NCBI GenBank assembly: GCA_963801665.1
Contig: CAWDFL010000003.1
Location: 1,757,748 to 1,821,747, forward strand
From: an uncultured delta proteobacterium
Lineage (GTDB): Bacteria; Desulfobacterota; Binatia; Binatales; Binataceae
Length of the DNA: 64,000 nucleotides
Direction of reading: 5' to 3'
The position numbers were made by a program, and so were the translations under genes. The notes beneath the pieces were generated by a model that saw only the letters and a list, made by a program, of their open reading frames with translations, did no database searches and was not told the DNA's origin. Positions 1-8,572 of the stretch are shown piece by piece. Numbering within the stretch: position 1 is the stretch's first letter; every line of letters starts with the position of its first letter.

Positions 1-680
1 CCGACTACGCCGGCGGCGGGATGCACGGTGCGATAGGAATTCTCGCGGCGTTGGTCGCGCGCACGCAGACCGGACGTGGCCAGTACGTCGATATCTCGAT
101 GATGGACGGCGCGCTGGCCCTGATGGCGCAAGCGTTTTCGACCTTCTTCGCGAGTGGCGCGATCCCAAAGCGCGGCGAGACCGCGCTCGACGGCGCGATC
201 CCGAATTACAACGTGTACGAAACCAAGGACGGCAAGATCATCACGATCGGATCGATCGAGCCGTGGTTCTTCGCTAACTTGTGCCGCGCGCTTGGCCGCG
301 AGGATCTGATCGAGCACGAATTCAGCTCGGACAAGCGCGCCGAGATTAAAAAATTCTTCACCGATTCGTTCAAAACCAAAACCCGTGACGAATGGTTCGA
401 GCTCCTGACCAAGACCGATATCTGCGTCGGCAAGATGAACACGCTTGACGAGGTTGGCAGCGATCCGCAGGTGCTCGCGCGCAAGATGATCGTCGAGCTC
501 GATGCGCCCGGCGGCCAGAAGGTCAAGCAGGTCGGAATCTCGGTCAAGCTCTCCGAAACTCCCGGCTCGATCCGCACGCTCGCACCCGCGCTCGGGCAGC
601 ATACCGACGAGGTGCTCACCGGCCTCGGGTACACGCTGGAGCAGGTCGCGAAATGGAGAGAAGAGGGCGCGGTGAAATAG
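1..680 (+). CDS. CoA transferase family III (CaiB/BaiF-like), C-terminal part; gene starts upstream of the window
   Basis: ORF 21..680 translation resembles the CaiB/BaiF family-III CoA-transferase C-terminal half and reads open to the window edge. Confidence 0.7.
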   Translation, partial: DYAGGGMHGAIGILAALVARTQTGRGQYVDISMMDGALALMAQAFSTFFASGAIPKRGETALDGAIPNYNVYETKDGKIITIGSIEPWFFANLCRALGREDLIEHEFSSDKRAEIKKFFTDSFKTKTRDEWFELLTKTDICVGKMNTLDEVGSDPQVLARKMIVELDAPGGQKVKQVGISVKLSETPGSIRTLAPALGQHTDEVLTGLGYTLEQVAKWREEGAVK

Positions 681-682
681 AA

Positions 683-818
683 ACACCAAGGCCCCAGGGC
701 GGCCACAAAGACACGAAGGCACAAAGAAAAAAGCGCCGGTTCCCTTAGGGAAGCCGACGCTTTTCTATCTTCTTAGTGTCTTGGTGTCTTAGTGGCCGCC
801 CCGGTGGCGTGGTGTTGA
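683..818. repeat. Palindromic REP/MITE-like element, copy A (about 45-bp imperfect inverted arms around a hairpin-containing core)
   Basis: left arm aacaccaaggccccagggcggccacaaagacacgaaggcacaaag; right arm cttagtgtcttggtgtcttagtggccgccccggtggcgtggtgtt is its near reverse complement; second copy at 2858..2984. Confidence 0.6.
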
Positions 819-1771
819 TTCTCTTCTATCGCCCGCTTGCGCAAACCGAACCATAGCGCGCTGCCATGATCCGCATGCACCAGATGGTACTGGCTGATGT
901 CTCCTCGATCGTCGAGGCGCTGGCTCCTCAGCGTCGGTACGTCGCCCCATCGGAAAACAGGATTGATGTCGAACCACGCGAGTATCCGCGCGAGGATCGA
1001 TCCGCCGAGCCATCGCGGTACATATCCCTCGGAGTAGCGCAACCAGATCCAGGTCCGGTCTCGATCGATCGGCGTCGCCACGACGAGCAGATGAAATTTC
1101 TCCGCCTCCTCGACGCGCGCAATGCACGGTAGCCGCAATTCCGCGCGCAGCGGGTATTCGTAGTTATACCAGCGCTTGCCGCCCTCGGGACTGAGCGTGC
1201 CGGAGATTTTCACGATATTGTTCTCGATGTGCGCGTCGAAGTTTGTAAGCCGCGCGCCCGCGCCGGGAAGCCATCGGCGATGCACGAAAGGGAAATGGAA
1301 GAAGTCGCCCATGTTCTCCATCACGCGCAGATAGGACACACCGATCTCGAAGGAGGTGCTGAATCTCGAGCCGTTCTCCCACGCCGCCGGCTCGAGCCAC
1401 GGGATTTCCTCGGATACCTCCGCGGGTTCGCCGTGCCACATCCATATGAGCCCATGCGCTTCGCGCAATGACTCGGCATGCGCTTGAAATCCAGCGGGAA
1501 TCGGCGCATCGGCGCCGTTGACCGGAATCAGCACGCACTGTCCGCGCGGATTCCATCGAAATCCGTGGTACGGGCATTCGATACATCCTTCCCGAACTCT
1601 TCCGCGCGAAAGGCTTGCAGAGCGATGCGGGCAGCGGTCGGGCAGGGCGACTGCGCCTCCGTCGAGACCGCGCCACAACACCAGGTCCTGGCCGAGGCGC
1701 CTGAGGCCGATGGGGCGCCGGGCGCCGAGTTGCGAGCTCTGGTAAATCGGATACCACTGATTTGGAATCAT
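773..1771 (-). CDS. Rieske [2Fe-2S] non-heme iron oxygenase, alpha-subunit-like (KshA/phthalate-dioxygenase-like)
   Basis: Rieske motif CPHRSASLSRG...CPYHGF; mononuclear-iron motif NMGDFFHFPFVH; ATG chosen at MIPNQWYP (1771), 5 nt after the tetR stop; last ~15 codons and the TAA lie inside the REP element. Confidence 0.85.
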   Translation of the reverse strand: MIPNQWYPIYQSSQLGARRPIGLRRLGQDLVLWRGLDGGAVALPDRCPHRSASLSRGRVREGCIECPYHGFRWNPRGQCVLIPVNGADAPIPAGFQAHAESLREAHGLIWMWHGEPAEVSEEIPWLEPAAWENGSRFSTSFEIGVSYLRVMENMGDFFHFPFVHRRWLPGAGARLTNFDAHIENNIVKISGTLSPEGGKRWYNYEYPLRAELRLPCIARVEEAEKFHLLVVATPIDRDRTWIWLRYSEGYVPRWLGGSILARILAWFDINPVFRWGDVPTLRSQRLDDRGDISQYHLVHADHGSALWFGLRKRAIEENQHHATGAATKTPRH

Positions 1772-1775
1772 CGAT

Positions 1776-2435
1776 TTACCCTTTGCTCGTAGCGCCGCCG
1801 GACGTGCTGATAATGCCGTTGCAGGCGATCTCGATCCCACGATGAATTTCCTCGCGCGCCATCGCCGCGCTCACCGCCTCATTGAGCATCCACGCGTTTA
1901 TCCATGTGAGCGCGATCGCGTACACGACCGTCGCCGCGCGCATCGGATCGAGTTCCGAGGCGATCGCGCCGCGCTGTTTAAGTTTCTCGATCAGCTCCGC
2001 CAGCACCGCGACCAGCCGTACGTCCAACTCGAACAGGCGCTGCCCGATCCGCGCCGGCTCAGCGATCGCGGCCGCAAGCAATTCGCGCCAGAGAACGCGG
2101 TCGTCGCTCATGAAGCCGTCGAACCAGATGTCAATCATCGCGATGATTGCGGCGATCGGCTCGGCCGACGGCGATGCCAGGACTCGGCGAGCGCGCGCGA
2201 CCATTTCTTCGGTCTCGCGGCGGACGATCGCGAGCAGCAGGTCGGGTTTCGAGGAGAAGTAGTTGTAGATCGTGCCGACCGCCAACCCCGCCTTTGCCGC
2301 CACGTCTTCCATAGCGGTCGCGGAGTATCCGCCGCGCGCGAACAAGCTTGTCGCGGCGCGAACGATACGCCGTTCCCGCGCAATCTTCTGCCGGTCGCGC
2401 AATCCGCGCGGCCGCGACGCCAAAGATGAAGCCAT
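1776..2435 (-). CDS. TetR/AcrR family transcriptional regulator
   Basis: N-terminal HTH (RERRIVRAATSLFARGGYSATAMEDVAAKAGLAVGTIYNYFSSKPDLL); immediately upstream of and co-oriented with the Rieske gene. Confidence 0.85.
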   Translation of the reverse strand: MASSLASRPRGLRDRQKIARERRIVRAATSLFARGGYSATAMEDVAAKAGLAVGTIYNYFSSKPDLLLAIVRRETEEMVARARRVLASPSAEPIAAIIAMIDIWFDGFMSDDRVLWRELLAAAIAEPARIGQRLFELDVRLVAVLAELIEKLKQRGAIASELDPMRAATVVYAIALTWINAWMLNEAVSAAMAREEIHRGIEIACNGIISTSGGATSKG

Positions 2436-2553
2436 TCAGGTTTTATTAACCCACCGCGGGCGAGCTAAGTCAAGAAACCTGAAGCGATTCACTTTTGCCG
2501 TACGCCTCTTGCGGTGTTTAACTCACGTTAGGTTTTTTGCCAGATTCGTTCAT

Positions 2554-2570
2554 GGCTGAACTGTTCAGCC
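2554..2570. promoter_or_regulatory. Perfect 8-1-8 palindrome ggctgaac-t-gttcagcc, candidate TetR operator
   Basis: Seen in sequence about 120 bp upstream of the tetR start at 2435; TetR operators are typically short palindromes. Confidence 0.35.
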
Positions 2571-2857
2571 TTATCGAAATGCGCCGTCCATGAGATAATC
2601 GCCACGACTGGCAGGGCGGGTGATTGGAACTTGCTACGGCGCTCGGCGCGGAGCCGGAACTTCTGCCGTCAGTCGAATGACCAACGACAGTTCCGAAACG
2701 TATTTTTTGTCCAGGTCCCGGACGGTCCGGCGGAAGGCCAAAACGAACGCACTTTCTGTCGCAAAAATCCCGATGTTTGCTGGACAATTTTCTGACAACC
2801 TGCCCAAATTCACCCAAACAAACCCACCGCATTTTTTGCGTTTTCAGCGGAATCCAC

Positions 2858-2984
2858 CGGCCACCAAGACACGAAGCCACAAAGGAAGATTCGCAATGAC
2901 GTACACTCTCTTCCCCCAAAAAAGTTCTTCTTCGTGCCTTCGTGTCTTAGTGGCCGCCTGGTGCCTTGGTGTTTTCTTTCTGCC
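2858..2984. repeat. Palindromic REP/MITE-like element, copy B (same family as 683..818)
   Basis: ccaccggccaccaagacacgaagccacaaag ... cttcgtgccttcgtgtcttagtggccgcctggtgccttggtgtt; the right arm reverse-complement is nearly identical to the copy A left arm. Confidence 0.6.
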
Positions 2985-3031
2985 TCTTTCCTTCGATTGC
3001 CGACGCCCCCGCGCCCGCTTATCATTGCCGC

Positions 3032-4351
3032 ATGCCGAATCAAGTGATGTTCATTCGCGGACCGCATGAACCAATCGCGATCGACCATGCCGAGGGCTCG
3101 TGGCTCTACACCACCGACGGCCGCAAGATCCTCGACGGCGGCGCCGGCGCGGTGGTTGTGAATATCGGCCAGGGACGCGAGGAGGTCGCCGAGATCGCCC
3201 GCCGGACGATCGCCAAGCTCGATTATATCGTGCCGGTCTGGACCTCGCCCGAGCGCGAGGCGCTGGTCGCGCGGCTCACGCGATGGACTCCGCCGGGGAT
3301 GGACCGCTTCTACTTCACCAGCGGCGGTTCCGAGGCGGTCGAGGCCGCGCTCAAGTTCGCGATCCTGCTGAACAAGGTGCGCGGCAAAGCCTCGAAGAAA
3401 AAGATCATCGGCAGGCAGTTCTCCTATCACGGCAACACGCTCGCCGCGCTTTCTGTCGGCGGCAGCGGACGCCGCGCCGACTACGAGCACGTGCTGATCG
3501 ATTGGCCGAAAATTCCGCCGTCATATTGCTACCGATGCCCGTGGGGCAAAACTTATCCCGCATGCGATCTCGAATGCGCATCCGCGCTCGAGAAAGCAAT
3601 CCTCGAAAACGGCGCCGACTCGATCGCGGCGTTTATCGCCGAGCCGATGATGGGTTCGTCGGGCGGCGTGGTCCCTCCGGTCAAGGAATACTGGCCGAAG
3701 CTGCGCGAGATCTGCGACAAGTACGACGTCCTGCTGATCGCCGACGAGGTGATGACAGGCTTCGGACGCACAGGCCGCCGCTTTGCGGTCGAGCACTGGG
3801 GCGTCACGCCCGATATTCTGGTGGGAGGCAAAGGACTCACCGGCGGCTACATGCCGATGGGGATGATCGCGGTGCGCGGCGAATTGGTCGAAGAGATCGA
3901 GCGCGCCAAAGCCGACTTCATGTTCTACACCTACAGCTCGCATCCGGTTGCGTGCGCGATCGCCGACGGCGTCCTCGCGATCATGGAGCGCGAGCATCTG
4001 GTCGAGCGCTCAGCCGAAATGGGCGCGCGCTTGGGAGCGCAGCTTCGCGAGGAGCTGTCGGGTCATCCGATGGTCGGCGATATTCGCGGCAGCGGACTTT
4101 TCTGGGGCGTCGAGCTGGTGCATGACAAGGCGACGCGCACGCCGTTCGCGCCGGAGAAGAAGGTTACCAATCGGCTGCTCGGCGCCGCGGTCCGGCGCGG
4201 ACTGTTCTTTTATCCGGCGTCCGGGATGGCGGGGAAGGCAGGCGGCGACGCGATGATGCTGACGCCGCCGTTTGTCATCAACGAGCAGGAAATGGAATTC
4301 CTGGTGCGCACCGCGCACGATGCGCTCGAAGAATTGAGGCCGCAGCTTTGA
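3032..4351 (+). CDS. Class III (omega-type) pyridoxal-phosphate aminotransferase
   Basis: Aspartate-aminotransferase-fold family III signature regions (LLIADEVMTGFGRTG, GGKGLTGGYMPMG); start placed at MPNQVMF (3032) downstream of the repeat element, earlier in-frame starts are possible. Confidence 0.8.
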   Translation: MPNQVMFIRGPHEPIAIDHAEGSWLYTTDGRKILDGGAGAVVVNIGQGREEVAEIARRTIAKLDYIVPVWTSPEREALVARLTRWTPPGMDRFYFTSGGSEAVEAALKFAILLNKVRGKASKKKIIGRQFSYHGNTLAALSVGGSGRRADYEHVLIDWPKIPPSYCYRCPWGKTYPACDLECASALEKAILENGADSIAAFIAEPMMGSSGGVVPPVKEYWPKLREICDKYDVLLIADEVMTGFGRTGRRFAVEHWGVTPDILVGGKGLTGGYMPMGMIAVRGELVEEIERAKADFMFYTYSSHPVACAIADGVLAIMEREHLVERSAEMGARLGAQLREELSGHPMVGDIRGSGLFWGVELVHDKATRTPFAPEKKVTNRLLGAAVRRGLFFYPASGMAGKAGGDAMMLTPPFVINEQEMEFLVRTAHDALEELRPQL

Positions 4352-4390
4352 TCGGCGCACGGCGTATTCCGTCGATGGAGAAATTCTTTA

Positions 4391-5263
4391 ATGGCCGATA
4401 GCATCATCGGGCCGACCTCTCATTATTTCTACTCGCAGCGTCTGAAGTTGCACTACGTCGATTGGGGTAATGCCGACAAGCCGCTGATGGTCCTGGTCCA
4501 CGGCGGACGCGACCATTGCCGCAACTGGGATTGGGTCGCGCTCGATCTGCGCGATCATTACCACGTGATCGCTCCCGACCTGCGCGGCCACGGCGATTCG
4601 GATTGGGCGATCGGCGGCAGCTACTCGATGATCGACTACGTGCTCGATCTCGCACAGCTCATGCAGGCGGTCTCAACCGAACCGGCCACGCTTATCGGCC
4701 ACTCGCTCGGCGGCAATATCGTGCTGCAATACACCGGAGTATTTCATCGCGAGGTCAAGCGGGTCGTGTCGATCGAAGGGATGGGGCCTCCGCCGGGGAC
4801 GATCAAGGAGACTCCGGCATACGAGCGGATGAAAAACTGGATCGCGCAGATGCGCGATCTGTCAAATCGCAAAGCGCGCGAGTACCCGAGCATCGCGGAG
4901 GCGCTCCGCCGGATGCGCGCGGCGAATCCTCATCTGAGCGAGGAACAGGCGCGTCACTTGACCATCTGGGGCGTGCGCCGCAACGAGAACGGCACCTACT
5001 CATGGAAGTTCGACAACTACGTTCACGCCACTTCGCCGTACATGTTCAACACTCGCGACGCGCGGCAAATCTGGGAGCGCATCACCTGCCCGACTTTCCT
5101 GATTCGCGGCTCGGAGTCGTGGGCCGGCGATTGGGTCAAGGACGGCCGCTTCGCCGCGTTCAAGAATGCGCAAACGGTCACGGTCGAAAGAGCGGGGCAT
5201 TGGGTGCATCATGATCAGCTCGGAGAATTCCTGACTCACGTGCATCGCTTTCTGGAGATATGA
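4391..5263 (+). CDS. Alpha/beta-fold hydrolase
   Basis: Nucleophile elbow GHSLGG, HGGRDH oxyanion region, C-terminal His. Confidence 0.8.
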   Translation: MADSIIGPTSHYFYSQRLKLHYVDWGNADKPLMVLVHGGRDHCRNWDWVALDLRDHYHVIAPDLRGHGDSDWAIGGSYSMIDYVLDLAQLMQAVSTEPATLIGHSLGGNIVLQYTGVFHREVKRVVSIEGMGPPPGTIKETPAYERMKNWIAQMRDLSNRKAREYPSIAEALRRMRAANPHLSEEQARHLTIWGVRRNENGTYSWKFDNYVHATSPYMFNTRDARQIWERITCPTFLIRGSESWAGDWVKDGRFAAFKNAQTVTVERAGHWVHHDQLGEFLTHVHRFLEI

Positions 5264-5323
5264 TCCGGACGTAGCCGTGATCGTCGTGGGCGGGCGGATT
5301 GCAAGAATGATGAGTGGAAGATC

Positions 5324-7378
5324 GTGAAGTCACCGAATCTCGGGCTGCGCAGCGACCAGTTCGAGTACGTTCAACTGATCCTGCTGGCGGTGGTCGTCGG
5401 AGTTTTCGGGGCGCTCGGAAATCTCGGCTTTCGCGAGCTGATCGTGTTCTTCACCTGGCTGTTCCGCGGCCTCGAATGGAATCTGCTCGGGATCAATCGC
5501 GGCGGGATGTTCCGTATCCTGACGCCGATCATCCTGCTCTCCGGCGGCGTGGTGATACTCGTGCTCGATCGCTTCTTCCCCGGCGACATACTCGGCTACG
5601 GATTCCCGAATTTCCTCGAGCAGGTCAATCTCGGCAGCGCGCGAATCAAGCGCCGATGGATCGTGCTCAAGGCGCTGGGCGCGGCCCTCTCGCTCGGCTC
5701 GGGCGCGTCGGTCGGACGCGAAGGCCCGATCGCGCAAATCGGCGGCGCGATTGGCTCGGCCGCCGCCCAATTGCGCGGCCTCAGCTCCGACCGTGCCAAG
5801 GTGCTGGTCGCCGCGGGCGCGGGCGCCGGAATCGCGACCACCTTCAACGCTCCGATCGGCGGCCTGATGTTCGCGCTCGAGATTGTCCTGCTGGGACAGA
5901 CCGAGACCGCGAATCTCGCGCTGCTCATCATCTCGACCTTCAGCGCGGTGGTGACTTCGCGCGCGATCCTCGGCAATGACGCGGTTTTTCATGTGCCGCA
6001 GTTCGAGCTGAAGAGCTACTGGGAGATGCTGACCTACGCGCTGATGGGCGCGGTGCTGGGCGGTCTCGGCGCGAGCTATATTCGAGTCTTCAATGCGACC
6101 GGCGCGTACTTTCGGCGCATGACTTTGCCGTCATGGGAGAAGCTTGGCATCGGACTCGCGCTGGTCGGCGTGATCGCGATCTTTCTGCCCGCCAACCTCT
6201 CCGACGGATATCCGATCATCAACCGCGCGATGGCCGGCGAGTACGGCCTCGCGATGCTGCTGGCGCTGTGCGCGGCGAAATACGTGGCGTCGAGCCTGTC
6301 GCTTGGCTCGGGCGCGCCCGGAGGAGTTTTCGGACCGATCTTTTTCATCGGTACGATGGCCGGTGGAGCGTTCCAGAGAATCTCGGCGCTGTTCATTCCG
6401 CATTTGACCGGGCCGCGCGGCTCGTACGCCCTGGTGGGTTTGGGCGCTTTCCTGGCTGGCACCACCCACGCGCCTTTGACGGCGCTGTTCCTGCTCTTCG
6501 AGATGACCGGAGATTTCACGGTCGCGCTGCCGGCGATGATCGCCGCTGTCACCGCGCTGGTCGTCGCGCGTGCGATCGAGTCCGAATCGATCGACACTTA
6601 CCGCCTCGCGCGCGAGGGCAAGACGCTCCAGATCTCGCAGGAGCGGCTCGCGCTCACGCAAATTCCGGTCGGCGCCGTGATGACCAAGGATGTAACCGTG
6701 GTTAGCGCGAATGCGCGCCTGACCGATGTCTTGCACATCGCCGGACAGACGTCGCAGTCCACTCTTCCGGTGGTCGGGTCGGACGGCGAGTTCGTAGGAT
6801 TGATCGTGACTCGCGACCTGCTGACGCTTTTGGGCGGCGGCGGCGAGCTCGGTCCGCTGGTCAACGCGTTCGATATCGCTCAGGTAAATTGTCCACATCT
6901 CACCGCCGATCAGAATCTGGATTTCGCGAGCCAGTTGATGGAACAGGAGCGGCTCGACGAAATTCCCGTCGTTGAGAGACGCAATGGCGGCCGCTTCCTC
7001 GGCCTGGTGACGCGCCAGCATATCGCGCAGGCGCTCAACCGGGTTTCGGTTTCGCTCTCGGCCTTGGCGACGCGCGATCAGAATATCTACTGGGCCACCG
7101 GCTATCGCGTCACGCGGCTCGAAGTGCCTGCCGCAGCCACGGGCACTACCGTCCGCGCTCTCGATACCCGCGCGCGCTTCGGGGTTACGTTGCTGGCGCT
7201 GCAGAGCGCCGATGATCCCGACGCGGGGTTCGTGCCGGTCGCTCCCGATCGCCGCCTCAAGACCGGCGATCTGATCGTTGCAGCGGGCCGTCCCGCCGAT
7301 ATCCGGCGCTTCGAACGCGAGCTCGAGCTGCGCGCCTCGGCGTCCGCTCAGCCCGCGCCCGCAGCCGGAAAGACATAG
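5324..7378 (+). CDS. ClC-family chloride channel/transporter with tandem CBS domains and C-terminal TrkA-C (RCK_C) domain
   Basis: ClC selectivity motifs GREGP and GAPGGVFGP; two CBS-like repeats; TrkA-C-like tail. Confidence 0.85.
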   Translation: MKSPNLGLRSDQFEYVQLILLAVVVGVFGALGNLGFRELIVFFTWLFRGLEWNLLGINRGGMFRILTPIILLSGGVVILVLDRFFPGDILGYGFPNFLEQVNLGSARIKRRWIVLKALGAALSLGSGASVGREGPIAQIGGAIGSAAAQLRGLSSDRAKVLVAAGAGAGIATTFNAPIGGLMFALEIVLLGQTETANLALLIISTFSAVVTSRAILGNDAVFHVPQFELKSYWEMLTYALMGAVLGGLGASYIRVFNATGAYFRRMTLPSWEKLGIGLALVGVIAIFLPANLSDGYPIINRAMAGEYGLAMLLALCAAKYVASSLSLGSGAPGGVFGPIFFIGTMAGGAFQRISALFIPHLTGPRGSYALVGLGAFLAGTTHAPLTALFLLFEMTGDFTVALPAMIAAVTALVVARAIESESIDTYRLAREGKTLQISQERLALTQIPVGAVMTKDVTVVSANARLTDVLHIAGQTSQSTLPVVGSDGEFVGLIVTRDLLTLLGGGGELGPLVNAFDIAQVNCPHLTADQNLDFASQLMEQERLDEIPVVERRNGGRFLGLVTRQHIAQALNRVSVSLSALATRDQNIYWATGYRVTRLEVPAAATGTTVRALDTRARFGVTLLALQSADDPDAGFVPVAPDRRLKTGDLIVAAGRPADIRRFERELELRASASAQPAPAAGKT

Positions 7379-8010
7379 GGCCGGGCGCGTCCGGCGCGAA
7401 TTTCCGCGCAGAGCTCCGCTACGCTCTTAACCTCGCGTTCGAGTTCGGTCGCACAGGTGAGGAACCATTTTGCGGTCGAGAAGTGCGCATCGCTGCCGCC
7501 GACCGCCGTCAGTCCGAGCTTGAGCGCGGTGTCTTGCGCACGCTCGTTCTCGACATTCGAGTTCTGGCCGTTCAGCACTTCGATAGCGCCTATCGCCGCA
7601 CCATGGCGCGCGACCAGAGCGTCCAGCCGCGCGCCGAATCCCGACTCGCGGAACGGATGCGCCGGAATCGCGACGCCGCCTTCGTTATGAATCACCTCGA
7701 TCAGATGCTCACTGCGCAGCATGCGCGAGGTCAGATCGAATCGGCGCATCACCTCGTGATTGACGCCGTAGAGCAGCAGATGGCCGAGATCGGTGTCGGC
7801 CTCGATTCCCTTGAACACCGCGATTCCGCAATGCTCCGAGAGTTCGGCGTACTCGCGATCGATCTCGGGGTCGGTCGGGAACAGACGATGCTCGGTGAAA
7901 CAGATCGCGCCAAGCCCCGCGCTGCTCGCGTGCGCGAATTCGAGATATTGCTCCGCACCAACCCGCGAGTCCGCGGAGAGTTTCGTATGCACATGAAGAT
8001 CAACGATCAT
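7348..8010 (-). CDS. PHP-domain metal-dependent phosphoesterase
   Basis: N-terminal MIVDLHVHTKLS (PHP HxH motif), later His/Asp ligands; 3-prime end overlaps the ClC gene convergently by about 30 nt. Confidence 0.75.
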   Translation of the reverse strand: MIVDLHVHTKLSADSRVGAEQYLEFAHASSAGLGAICFTEHRLFPTDPEIDREYAELSEHCGIAVFKGIEADTDLGHLLLYGVNHEVMRRFDLTSRMLRSEHLIEVIHNEGGVAIPAHPFRESGFGARLDALVARHGAAIGAIEVLNGQNSNVENERAQDTALKLGLTAVGGSDAHFSTAKWFLTCATELEREVKSVAELCAEIRAGRARPYVFPAAGAG

Positions 8011-8120
8011 GCTATCCCCGGATGCAGTTGCCTGATTTCTCCCCCATTGTCTGACATGGGGGAGGATTAAAGGAGGGGGTGCAGCGACTACGTTCCCGTA
8101 TCATAAGCAGACCGTTCGGT

Positions 8121-8225
8121 CGTCATTTCGAGCCCTGGGTGAGAAATCCCGGAGCGCCCATGCTCTACGCCAGCGCCACATGCAATGCCCCTCCGCCGGG
8201 ATTTCTCCCTGCGGTCGAAATGACG
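8121..8225. repeat. REP-like element of a second family (about 32-bp inverted arms, 43-nt loop)
   Basis: cgtcatttcgagccctgggtgagaaatcccgg ... ccgggatttctccctgcggtcgaaatgacg; related arms recur at 35545..35675. Confidence 0.5.
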
Positions 8226-8278
8226 ATCGAGGTTTCAGTGCCATCCGCATCCCACCGCTCAATTGAAAACTCGCGCGC

Positions 8279-8572
8279 TCACGGCATGTTGAAAGCGTCG
8301 CGTGTCTGCAAGTGATCGACCACAGAAACTATTCCGGTGACGCGCAATACCGTCCATCGGATATTCGCGCGGTCCCATTCGGTAGGCACCGTTCCCCACA
8401 GAATCAGCGTGTCTTCCTCGAGCTTGAACTGCACGCCCTTATAGCCCTCCGCGTCGAGCTCGCGCCTGAGCAATTGCAATTGCTCGGGCGTCGCGCCGCC
8501 GTCGAGATCCGGCATCGGGATCGGCATCGGACTCACGTCCGGCGCCAGGCGGCTCCGCGGGCGGCACCGCAA
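8279..8572 (-). CDS. BON-domain ORF overlapping the kinase 3-prime end; a separate small gene or a frameshifted C-terminal extension of the kinase
   Basis: LRRELDAEGYKGVQFKLEEDTLILWGTVPTEWDRANIRWTVLRVTGIVSVVDHLQ resembles a BON domain; the frame is +1 relative to the kinase tail; internal ATGs at 8527 and 8515. Confidence 0.4.
   Translation of the reverse strand: MRCRPRSRLAPDVSPMPIPMPDLDGGATPEQLQLLRRELDAEGYKGVQFKLEEDTLILWGTVPTEWDRANIRWTVLRVTGIVSVVDHLQTRDAFNMP

Noticed and set aside
2518-2919. 133-aa minus-strand ORF in the tetR/aminotransferase intergenic region
   Set aside because: Overlaps the promoter/operator region and the REP element; poor composition and no RBS; likely non-coding
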